Origin: Anaerolineae bacterium
GTDB taxonomy: Bacteria > Chloroflexota > Anaerolineae > B4-G1 > DUEL01
Length of the DNA stretch: 59,988 nucleotides
Direction of reading: 5' to 3'
NCBI GenBank assembly: GCA_041082215.1
Contig: JBDOIF010000148.1
Location: 1-59,988, forward strand
The notes beneath the pieces are model-generated. The model saw nothing but the letters and a program-made list of their open reading frames with translations, did no database searches and had not been told where the DNA came from. Shown here one piece after another: positions 20,616 through 28,204 of this stretch. Position 1 is the stretch's first letter; each line of letters begins with the position of its first letter. The translations under genes were made by a program, and so were the position numbers.

Positions 20616-20707
20616 CCCTCACCCCTCCCCTGCCGCGCGGGGGAAGGGCGGGGGTGGGGTGAGGGCAACCACTGCCGCGCGGGGGAGGGGCGGAGGCGGG
20701 GTGAGGG
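20616..20707. repeat. GC-rich palindromic REP-like doublet (CCCTCACCCC...GGGGTGAGGG)
   Basis: Two tandem copies of CTGCCGCGCGGGGGA..GGGCGG..GGGGTGAGGG lying between the two permease genes. Confidence 0.6.
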
Positions 20708-20722
20708 TCGCAACAGCTTTTC

Positions 20723-21634
20723 CTACGCCTCCCTCAGCCGCGGGTCAATCCACCGATAGACCAGGTCCAGGAGGAGAGTGATCAGCAGAAAAGTGACCCC
20801 TATACTCAGCGCCAGAGCCGCGACCACTCTGACCTCCCCCTTGAAGATCCCCTCCAGCATCCTCTGTCCCAGCCCTGGCCAGGAGAAGAAGACCTCGACC
20901 ACGGGCAGGCTTCCCAGCCCGAAGCGGAGGGAAACGACGACGGCGGTGAGGATAGGGATGCCGCCGTTACGCAGGGCGTGTCGCCAGAAGACCATTGCTT
21001 CACCCAGCCCCTTGGCGCGGGCGGTGCGGATGAAATCCCGCTCCAGGACCTCGGATAGGGAGACAAAGGTGACGCGGGTGATGTGGGCCAGCGGACGGGC
21101 GGCCAGGACCAGCGCCGGGGCTATCACCTGGGGAAGCAGGCTCCCGGTCCGGTGAAGGCTGACGCCGTAGACAGGGAAAAGGCCGATGCCGGTGCGCTGG
21201 TAGAAGCGGATGTCGGCTACCTGGAGGAGGAGGGCCAGGAAGAAGCTGGGGATCGAGATGCCGATGACCGTCAGCGTGAGGGTGGGCAGGGCGAAGGGGG
21301 AATGCCGCCAGGCCGCCGCCAGCCCTCCGGCCACGACGCCCAGCACCGCTGCAAAGCCGACGGAGACCACAAGCAGCCGCCCGCTGGCCGGATACGCCTC
21401 GACCAGCGCCTCCCGCGCGGCGTGGTCCAGGTCGCCCGCCAAGACGTCGCGGAAGAAGTCGGCCGTTTCCTCCAGCGCCGGGCCGGCCAGGCTCCAGGCT
21501 CCCGGTGAGCGGCCTACAGTGGTGGAGTTGGCCCCCAGGCGCACGCCCAGGATGCAGAAGTATACAATGGCGAAGGCCACCCCGGCAATGAGGAGCAGCC
21601 GTCGCAGGAGGAAGGGCAACAGTCCTCGTTTCAT
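20723..21634 (-). CDS. OppB/DppB-like ABC permease
   Basis: Motifs SIPSFFLALLL, EAA motif DFIRTARAKGL...RHALRN and VEVFFSWPGLG. Confidence 0.9.
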   Translation of the reverse strand: MKRGLLPFLLRRLLLIAGVAFAIVYFCILGVRLGANSTTVGRSPGAWSLAGPALEETADFFRDVLAGDLDHAAREALVEAYPASGRLLVVSVGFAAVLGVVAGGLAAAWRHSPFALPTLTLTVIGISIPSFFLALLLQVADIRFYQRTGIGLFPVYGVSLHRTGSLLPQVIAPALVLAARPLAHITRVTFVSLSEVLERDFIRTARAKGLGEAMVFWRHALRNGGIPILTAVVVSLRFGLGSLPVVEVFFSWPGLGQRMLEGIFKGEVRVVAALALSIGVTFLLITLLLDLVYRWIDPRLREA

Positions 21635-21638
21635 CGCT

Positions 21639-22673
21639 TCAGGCCAGGACTTCCTCCATAACCCTCAGAGTGTATTCGATGTCCTCGTCGGTGATCCAGT
21701 AGTGGGTCACCGCCCGGAAGCGGCCGTCCTCCCGCCCCAGCACCAGCACCCCCCGCTCTGCCAGCCTGCTCGCCACCTCCTCTGGCGACACGTTCGTCTC
21801 GTCGGTGAGCCAGAAGTAGAGGATGTTGGTGCTCACCGGAGAGACCCCCACCCCTGGCAGTTGGGCCAGCCCTTCCGCCAGCCGCTTTGCCCGTGCGTGG
21901 TCCTCCCCCAGCCGGTCGGTCATCTTCTCCAGGGCGACGATCCCCGCTGCCGCCAGCACCCCCGCCTGCCGCATCCCACCCCCCACCACCTTCCGGGCCC
22001 TTCGCGCCTCGGCGATGAAGTCGGCGTCGCCGCAGAGGAGGGAGCCTACCGGCGCGCACAGCCCCTTGGAGAGGCAGAACATCACCGAATCCACCTCCCG
22101 CACCAGCTCCCGCACATCCACCCCCAGCGCCGCCGCCGCGTTGAACACCCGCGCCCCATCCAGATGGAGCCGCAGTCCGTGGGCGTGGGCCAGGCGGGCC
22201 ACCTGAGCGGTGTACTCCGGGGTCAGCGGGGCGCCGTTGCACATGTTGTGGGTGTTCTCCAGACAGACCAGCCGGGAGCGGGGGAAGTGGACGTTGTCTC
22301 CCCGGATCGCCCCTTCGATCTCCTCCAGCCGCAGGGTTCCATCGGCCTGGTTGGGAATGGGGCGGGGGGTGATGCCGCCCAGCGCCGCCATCCCTCCCTG
22401 CTCAAAGAGGAAGGTGTGGCTCTGATCGCCGACGATCGCCTCGTCGCCGCGGCCACAATGGGTGAGGAGCGCCACCAGGTTCCCCATCGTCCCGCTGACG
22501 ACAAAGAGCGCCGCCTCTTTCCCCATCCGTTCCGCCGCCATCCTCTCCAGCCGGTTAACGGTGGGGTCCTCCCCGAAGACATCGTCTCCTACCTCCGCCC
22601 GGTACATCGCCTCCCGCATCTCCGGGGTCGGGTGGGTCACCGTATCGCTGCGCAGGTCAATGACCCTTCTCAT
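21639..22673 (-). CDS. ltaE: Low-specificity L-threonine aldolase
   Basis: Motifs IDLRSDTVT, GDDVFGEDPT, LENTHN, HLDGAR, CLSKGL (PLP Lys) and GGGMRQAG. Confidence 0.93.
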   Translation of the reverse strand: MRRVIDLRSDTVTHPTPEMREAMYRAEVGDDVFGEDPTVNRLERMAAERMGKEAALFVVSGTMGNLVALLTHCGRGDEAIVGDQSHTFLFEQGGMAALGGITPRPIPNQADGTLRLEEIEGAIRGDNVHFPRSRLVCLENTHNMCNGAPLTPEYTAQVARLAHAHGLRLHLDGARVFNAAAALGVDVRELVREVDSVMFCLSKGLCAPVGSLLCGDADFIAEARRARKVVGGGMRQAGVLAAAGIVALEKMTDRLGEDHARAKRLAEGLAQLPGVGVSPVSTNILYFWLTDETNVSPEEVASRLAERGVLVLGREDGRFRAVTHYWITDEDIEYTLRVMEEVLA

Positions 22674-22708
22674 CTGTACCTCCTTCCCCACGCGCTTCGA
22701 ACGGTCGA

Positions 22709-22736
22709 ATTATAATCCTCCTGGCTCCCAAGTCAA
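22709..22736 (-). promoter_or_regulatory. Sigma70-type promoter of the ltaE-permease-peptidase operon
   Basis: TTGACT-16 nt-TATAAT on the minus strand. Confidence 0.65.
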
Positions 22737-22757
22737 AGCTGTGCGCCGGGTGACCGA

Positions 22758-22786
22758 TTGACACCCTCCAGCCCGTGTGATACCAT
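22758..22786 (+). promoter_or_regulatory. Sigma70-type promoter of yjbQ
   Basis: TTGACA-17 nt-TACCAT with an extended TG. Confidence 0.65.
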
Positions 22787-22816
22787 AGGTCCAGACAAAG
22801 ACCGAGGAGGATAAGG

Positions 22817-23233
22817 ATGGTTGTCACAGGGGAGCTTCAACTGCATACCCACGGCCATTGCGACGTGCAGGACATCACAGAGGAGGTGGCGCGGGTGGTG
22901 CGGGCTTCCGGCCTCAAGGCGGGAACGGTGACCGTCTTCTGCCCCGGATCAACCGGGGGGCTGACCACCATCGAGTACGAGAGCGGGGTCATCGCCGACC
23001 TGGAACAGGTGCTGGATGAGGTGGTCCCGCCGGACCGTGAGTACCGTCATCACCTCCGCTGGGGGGACGACAACGGCCACGCCCACGTCCGGGCGGCTCT
23101 CATCGGCCCCTCCCTCACTGTACCCTTCGTGGATGGCCGGCTGACGCTGGGCACCTGGCAGCAGATCGTCTTCTGTGACTTTGACACCCGCCCCCGCTCC
23201 CGCCGGCTCGTGGTGCAGATCATCGGAGAATAA
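22817..23233 (+). CDS. yjbQ: YjbQ/UPF0047 family protein
   Basis: Motifs DNGHAHVRA and LTLGTWQQIVFCDFD. Confidence 0.9.
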   Translation: MVVTGELQLHTHGHCDVQDITEEVARVVRASGLKAGTVTVFCPGSTGGLTTIEYESGVIADLEQVLDEVVPPDREYRHHLRWGDDNGHAHVRAALIGPSLTVPFVDGRLTLGTWQQIVFCDFDTRPRSRRLVVQIIGE

Positions 23234-23293
23234 GCCAATGCACATTATTTACCCACCTGTTTCCTCTGGACCAACCCGAAACGCCGACTTCAT

Positions 23294-23378
23294 CACGAAT
23301 GGCACGAATGGGCCAAATCCCATAAATTATAGAGCGTTTTTTTATTCGCGTGAATTCGCGTGTTCGTGCTATTCGTGA
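23294..23378. repeat. 9-mer (CACGAAT) palindromic intergenic repeat
   Basis: CACGAATGGCACGAAT ... ATTCGCGTGAATTCGCGTGTTCGTGCTATTCGTG. A related copy lies at 25935-26021. Confidence 0.6.
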
Positions 23379-23396
23379 TGGCAGCAAATAGTCACA

Positions 23397-25007
23397 ATGC
23401 ACATCCATAATTCAAGGGAAGAGATTAGGGGTAAGTGGCTGATCCAGGTCCTGGTGCTGGCAGCAACGTTGCTGGCCTTCGGCCTCCGGGCCGGCTCCCT
23501 GACGGCCCAATCCCTGTGGCGGGACGAGGTGGACGCTCTCTGCTACGCCTTTGAGTTCCCCCATCTGCTCGCCAGTTCCATTATGCCGGAAAGGGCAGAC
23601 AGATTGACCACCCCGACCGCCTGTCCACCCCCGCCTCTCTCCCCCCCCGCTGCTCAGGCGGAGGGAAGTCCCCTCCAGAACCTGGTGGAGGTCCTGCGCC
23701 CGATGATCCGGCAGAACGGGCCGCTCTACTTTTTCCTGCTGCGGGGATGGGTCGGACTGGCCGGATCCAGTGAGTACGCCCTTCGTTTCCTCTCCCTCTG
23801 GTTCGGCGTGGTGGCCGTGCCTCTTGTCTACATTCTGGGACGACGGCTGAAGGGGCCGATGACAGGGGCGGCAACTGCGCTTCTGGTGGCTGCTTCTCCC
23901 TACCTGGTGTGGTACAGCCAGGAGGTCAAGATGTACACCCTGTTGCCGGCCCTGGTGCTTCTGGCCCTCTATTCCCTGCGCCGGGCAGCGGATGGGGGAG
24001 GAAAGAACTGGTGGGCGGTCAGCATCGTCGCCTCCAGCCTGGCCTTCTACACCCATATCTGGAGCGCGCTGCTGGTGCCGGTAGAGGGGGTCCTCCTGGC
24101 AAGCTGGTGGCCCCGGTGGCGGAAGCGGTGGCGAGGGGCGCTCGTCAGCCTGGCCCTGCTCACGCTCCCCTACCTGCCCCTGGCCCTCTGGCAGGTCCCC
24201 TCCACTTTCGTCCATCGGGAGACAGGGTTCCCCCCCCACACGCTGGGGGAGATGGCGGCAATTCTGCTCAACGGATGGAGCACGGGGATCGGCGGCAGAG
24301 GGTGGCCCTGGGGAGCGGTTGTCTGCGGGGGGGCGGCGGTGCTGGGCCTGGTCGAGAGAAGGCTCCGCGCCTGCCCGGCACGGGCTGGCTGGCCGACAGA
24401 CCTGGGGCTGGCAGGATGGATGGTTGTGCCACTGCTGGGGATCTGGTTTGTCTCCCTCTGGCAGCCCCTTTTCACCGATCGGTATTTGATCTGGGCTGCG
24501 CCGGCCCTGTACCTGCTGGTCGGGGCGGGACTTGCCTTCCTCTGGCAGAAGGGACGCTGGCCCGCAGTGCTGCTCCTGGCGGCGATCCTGACCTTCTTCG
24601 GCCTGAACCTCCACTACCAGGCAACCCATCCCATCAAATCCGATCTCCGCGCTGCAGCGGCTTATCTGGAGGAGCGATACCGGCCAGGCGACCTCCTGAT
24701 CTTCCAGATCCCCCACATCCGCTACACCTTCGACTACTACTTCGGTCCCGACGATTATACCTGGGCCGACGGCCTCTATACCAACCACCGGCAACCCGAT
24801 GGCTCCTATCTCTTGAGCGAAGCGAGGGCGGAGGCATGGATGGCCCTGTTCACCCAGGGACAGCAGACCGTATGGCTGCTGGCTTCGGAAGTGGAAATGT
24901 GGGACGAGCGAAACCTGGTCCAGCGGTGGCTGGAGGCTAACGGGGAACGGGGGAGCGTCGCCCATTTCGCCCGGGTGGACGTTTTTCAGTACAGGTTGAG
25001 AAAATAA
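23397..25007 (+). CDS. GT-C fold glycosyltransferase (family 39/PMT_2-like)
   Basis: Motifs SLWRDE, PLYFFLL, SEYALRFLS and YSQEVKMY, with many TM helices. Confidence 0.85.
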   Translation: MHIHNSREEIRGKWLIQVLVLAATLLAFGLRAGSLTAQSLWRDEVDALCYAFEFPHLLASSIMPERADRLTTPTACPPPPLSPPAAQAEGSPLQNLVEVLRPMIRQNGPLYFFLLRGWVGLAGSSEYALRFLSLWFGVVAVPLVYILGRRLKGPMTGAATALLVAASPYLVWYSQEVKMYTLLPALVLLALYSLRRAADGGGKNWWAVSIVASSLAFYTHIWSALLVPVEGVLLASWWPRWRKRWRGALVSLALLTLPYLPLALWQVPSTFVHRETGFPPHTLGEMAAILLNGWSTGIGGRGWPWGAVVCGGAAVLGLVERRLRACPARAGWPTDLGLAGWMVVPLLGIWFVSLWQPLFTDRYLIWAAPALYLLVGAGLAFLWQKGRWPAVLLLAAILTFFGLNLHYQATHPIKSDLRAAAAYLEERYRPGDLLIFQIPHIRYTFDYYFGPDDYTWADGLYTNHRQPDGSYLLSEARAEAWMALFTQGQQTVWLLASEVEMWDERNLVQRWLEANGERGSVAHFARVDVFQYRLRK

Positions 25008-25013
25008 GCCTGG

Positions 25014-25520
25014 TCAGGCGATGTGGTAGACCTGGATATGCCTCTGCCCCATAATCAACAAATCACATTCGGTAGGGAAAGGGGAGGGAAACTCCTGCAG
25101 CAGGAAGAGCTGGGCCCGGGTGACCGGGAGGAATGGGTCGGGCATCGTGGCCAGAAAGTCGTTCAGGCGGGCCTCGGCGGGCAGGTGAAACACCCCCTTC
25201 AGAACGGCAAGGGGGGTGTAGGCGATCAGAAGCTCCTTGCGGGCCATCAGGTGGATTTCCCGGGCGGCTTCGGCCTCTTCGTAGAGGAGGAAAACCACCT
25301 CCTGCTTTCGGACGCTGACCTGGCGGCGGGCCAGGCCCCGGATGGGCCCCCCAGGCGTAAGAGGGTTGATGTGGGCCTGACGGAGAACCAGCGCGTCCCT
25401 TGTCCGGTCGTTCAGAAAATCCAGCGGATTACCCACCACCTCCAGTTGCCCGCTGAATTGAAAGGAGAGGGTGACGATCCGGACCCCGAACTCATGGACA
25501 GGTGGCCCTATTCTCTCCAC
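25014..25520 (-). CDS. Hypothetical protein with two similar halves
   Basis: ORF with GAAGGGGG RBS before GTG 25520. Halves contain PLDFLNDR and RLNDFLATM. Confidence 0.6.
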   Translation of the reverse strand: MERIGPPVHEFGVRIVTLSFQFSGQLEVVGNPLDFLNDRTRDALVLRQAHINPLTPGGPIRGLARRQVSVRKQEVVFLLYEEAEAAREIHLMARKELLIAYTPLAVLKGVFHLPAEARLNDFLATMPDPFLPVTRAQLFLLQEFPSPFPTECDLLIMGQRHIQVYHIA

Positions 25521-25522
25521 GG

Positions 25523-25551
25523 TTGCCCCCTTCAATGTTTTGTGGTAAAAT
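25523..25551 (+). promoter_or_regulatory. Promoter for tRNA-His/tRNA-Arg
   Basis: TTGCCC-17 nt-TAAAAT with TGn extension, 10 nt before tRNA-His. Confidence 0.6.
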
Positions 25552-25561
25552 CGCTTTGCTT

Positions 25562-25635
25562 GGTGGGTGTGGCCTAATGGTTAAGGCACCTGGTTGTGGC
25601 CCAGGAGATTGTGGGTTCGAATCCCACCACTCACC
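25562..25635 (+). tRNA. tRNA-His(GTG)
   Basis: Cloverleaf with G-1, anticodon arm CCTGG-TTGTGGC-CCAGG, T-loop TTCGAAT and C73. Confidence 0.95.
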
Positions 25636-25674
25636 CCTGGCGGCCGGGCACATCCCGGCCTCTTTGCATCGGCT

Positions 25675-25747
25675 GCCCCCGTAGCTCAACGGATAGAGCG
25701 CCGGACTTCGAATCCGTAGGCTGCGCGTTCGAGTCGCGCCGGGGGCG
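25675..25747 (+). tRNA. tRNA-Arg(TCG)
   Basis: Acceptor GCCCCCG/CGGGGGC, anticodon loop CTTCGAA, T-loop TTCGAGT. Confidence 0.93.
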
Positions 25748-25754
25748 CCTGCGG

Positions 25755-25797
25755 AGAAGGCCAGCAACGACAGGCAGATGAAGATTGCTGGCTTTCT
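25755..25797 (+). terminator. Hairpin downstream of tRNA-Arg
   Basis: AGAAGGCCAGCAA...TTGCTGGCTTTCT. Confidence 0.45.
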
Positions 25798-25934
25798 GTA
25801 TGCCCTGCGGCCGCCATTATACCACACCTCGTCGGGGAGAGAATTGAAAGACGAGGTCAGGTTCCGCTTCGAACATCCAGACCGCGGGCGTATTTCAATT
25901 TCGGGGCGGGTGGTCCTCTCGCCCGCCGGTGGAT

Positions 25935-26021
25935 CGCGAATCCCACGAATGGCCCGAATACAGCGAACAGGAGGGATAACTGCTCCATTCGCGGTATTCG
26001 TTTCCATTCGCGCCGTTCGTG
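25935..26021. repeat. 9-mer (C[A/G]CGAAT) palindromic intergenic repeat
   Basis: CGCGAATCCCACGAATGGCCCGAAT ... ATTCGCGGTATTCGTTTCCATTCGCGCCGTTCGTG. Confidence 0.6.
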
Positions 26022-26092
26022 TTTCCACAGGTCCGGCCCGGGCCAGGGGCATCTTGCCGCCAAACTGAAACGCACCTCAGACCGCAGAAAGC

Positions 26093-26120
26093 TTGACATC
26101 CCGCAGAAGTGCGGTAGAAT
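26093..26120 (+). promoter_or_regulatory. Promoter for the tRNA-Ala pair (and probably the T-box/leuS unit)
   Basis: TTGACA-16 nt-TAGAAT. Confidence 0.75.
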
Positions 26121-26135
26121 AACAACAAGGCCTGT

Positions 26136-26210
<75 letters not shown>

Positions 26211-26227
26211 TGAGCTTTCCCCGACAG

Positions 26228-26300
26228 GGGCCCGTAGCGCAGTTGGGAGCGCGTCTCAATGGCATTGAGAAGGTCGAGGGTTCGAATCCCTCCGGGTCCA
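26228..26300 (+). tRNA. tRNA-Ala(GGC)
   Basis: GGGCCCG/CGGGTCC with G3:U70, anticodon arm TCTCA-ATGGCAT-TGAGA. Confidence 0.95.
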
Positions 26301-26321
26301 CCTTGTCTGTCAAGCGATAGA

Positions 26322-26603
26322 CGAAAGGCGGCGAACAGGAGTAGTAGGCCATCCCCCCAGCGAGTCGGGAAAAACCGGGTGGAAGCCCGACAGCCGGTGC
26401 CCAGGGGGAGCGCCAGACGGAAAGAGGTCGTCCAAGGCCGAACTCGCCTGGGAGCTGCGCCGGTGAAAGCCAGAGGCCGGTAATCGGCGACGGGAAGCCT
26501 CCGTTATCGGGCCAAAAGAGGGAGACGTTTCCCTGCGGGAAACGCTCTCCAATCAGGGTGGTACCGCGGAGCGCCCCTTCGTCCCTGAGACGAAGGGGTT
26601 TTC
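26322..26603 (+). promoter_or_regulatory. T-box riboswitch, probable Leu specifier (CTC)
   Basis: Stem I with AGTA, AGCGAG bulge, GGTGGAAG loop and GAA-CTC specifier (26443-26445). T-box AGGGTGGTACCGCG at 26555-26568. Terminator CCCCTTCGTC-CCTGA-GACGAAGGGG-TTTT. Confidence 0.9.
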
Positions 26604-26611
26604 TCATACTT

Positions 26612-26697
26612 AACACAGAGGTGCAGAGGACACGGAGTTCCATCAAAGGTCGTGAGGTTTCTCGACGTTTCTCCGTGCTTCCCATATCTCTGTGATG
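26612..26697. repeat. ACAGAG/CTCTGTG palindromic repeat
   Basis: ACACAGAGGTGCAGAGGACACGGAG...CTCCGTG...CTCTGTG. Same family as 6974-7060 and 58819-58910. Confidence 0.65.
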
Positions 26698-26746
26698 AGC
26701 AGTTACCAAAAAGGAGGGAAAATCTGAGGGGTATGAAAACCAACGC

Positions 26747-27265
26747 ATGACGCCCGGAGGACACGCAGGGGCCAGCCTGGTAGCGGCCTATATCGTCGAG
26801 CGCTGCGTGTTCAAGAGCGATACCACGCCGGTGACCCTGGGCCTTGCCGCCCTCACGGGTCTCCTGCCAGACCTGGACGGGCTGGTGTGGATGGCGGGGA
26901 ATCGCGGGCGGGCCTTGAAAGAGAAACTCCGTCATCACGAGTTTCCAACACACACACCGCTCTTCTACCTGATCCTGACACTGGCACTGGGGTTGGTCGC
27001 CCCTCTGAAAGTCGCCGTGCTGTTCGGTGTACTGACTATGGGCCATCTGCTCCTGGATAGCTGGGGGACGGACGATGGGATTATGTGGCTGTGGCCACTG
27101 AGCCGTCGGCAATTCAGCCTGTTCCCCCGCAACCTGCACGCTGGAGGGGCCTACGGGCGGGCGTTCTATCGGCGCCATGTGCGCTGCCCGCGCGTGATCG
27201 TGCCTGAGGTAATGCTGACGGTGACCGGCACACTGCTGGCCCTCCACACACTGGCGCTTTTGTAA
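26747..27265 (+). CDS. YdjM-like membrane metal-dependent hydrolase
   Basis: Motifs GH...LLPDLD...HHEFPTH...GHLLLD...GIMWLWP. Confidence 0.8.
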   Translation: MTPGGHAGASLVAAYIVERCVFKSDTTPVTLGLAALTGLLPDLDGLVWMAGNRGRALKEKLRHHEFPTHTPLFYLILTLALGLVAPLKVAVLFGVLTMGHLLLDSWGTDDGIMWLWPLSRRQFSLFPRNLHAGGAYGRAFYRRHVRCPRVIVPEVMLTVTGTLLALHTLALL

Positions 27266-27281
27266 GAGTGAGGGAAAGGGG

Positions 27282-28184
27282 ATGGAACGGGTAGAGCTGG
27301 CTCCCGACATCTTCCATCTCCAGTCCGGCGTCAACATCGGGCTGGCAGCCCGGGATGGGAAAGGGCTGCTGATTGATACCGGCCTGGATAAAGACACCGC
27401 CCGAAGGGCGTTGCGGATAGCCGAGGAGATGGACGTGCAGATCGAGGCGGTGTTCCTCACCCACGCCCATGCCGACCATTTCGGCGGCGCCCACTTCCTT
27501 CAACAGCGCCTTGGCATCCCTCTCTATGCTCCGGCCCTCGAGGCGGCGATGATGGAAAACCCCATTATGGAGCCGCTCTTCCTCTTTGCCGGGGCAGCGC
27601 CCATCGGCGAGCTGCGCCAGAAGTTCACCCTGGCCCCCCCCTGTCGGGTGGACCGGGTTGTCGAGTCGGGGCCGCTGGAGGTGGGGCCTTTCCGGGTGGA
27701 GGCGGTGCCGCTTCCGGGCCACGCCCTCAACCAGATGGGCGTCGCTGTGGACAATGTGCTCTTCTGCGCCGACGCGGTCTTTCCGGCAGAGACGCTGGAA
27801 AAACACAAAATCATCTTCTGCGCGGATATGGACGCCGCGCTGGAGACGCTGGCGCGCATCCCGGAGATGCCGTATGCCCACTTCGCCCCCGGCCACGGCC
27901 CCGCCTACGCGGCGGGGGACGAAATCCGGGAAATCTGCACAGCTAACCGGGTCCGGCTGGAGGAAATCCGGGCGCGGGTCCGGGAAGCGCTGGCCGAACC
28001 CGCCGACACCGACGCGCTGGTCCGGCACATCGCCGACTCCTACGGCCTGCACCTGACCACTGCCACCGCCTACTACCTCACCCGCACCACCATCCTTGCC
28101 GCCCTCTCCTCCCTGGAGCGCGCCGGAGAGGTAAGGGCGGTGGTGGAGGAGAACCAACTGATATGGGTGAGCGCCTGCAAATAA
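27282..28184 (+). CDS. Metallo-beta-lactamase fold hydrolase
   Basis: Motifs LIDTG, THAHADH, PGH, CAD and PGHG. Confidence 0.9.
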   Translation: MERVELAPDIFHLQSGVNIGLAARDGKGLLIDTGLDKDTARRALRIAEEMDVQIEAVFLTHAHADHFGGAHFLQQRLGIPLYAPALEAAMMENPIMEPLFLFAGAAPIGELRQKFTLAPPCRVDRVVESGPLEVGPFRVEAVPLPGHALNQMGVAVDNVLFCADAVFPAETLEKHKIIFCADMDAALETLARIPEMPYAHFAPGHGPAYAAGDEIREICTANRVRLEEIRARVREALAEPADTDALVRHIADSYGLHLTTATAYYLTRTTILAALSSLERAGEVRAVVEENQLIWVSACK

Positions 28185-28204
28185 CAAATCCGAAAGGGGC
28201 GGCT

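Noticed and set aside
18097..20781. 894-aa + strand ORF (also 2304-4409, 8099-9808, 23412-24965, 48364-50001, 55218-57194 and similar)
   Set aside because: Opposite-strand shadows of well-supported genes.
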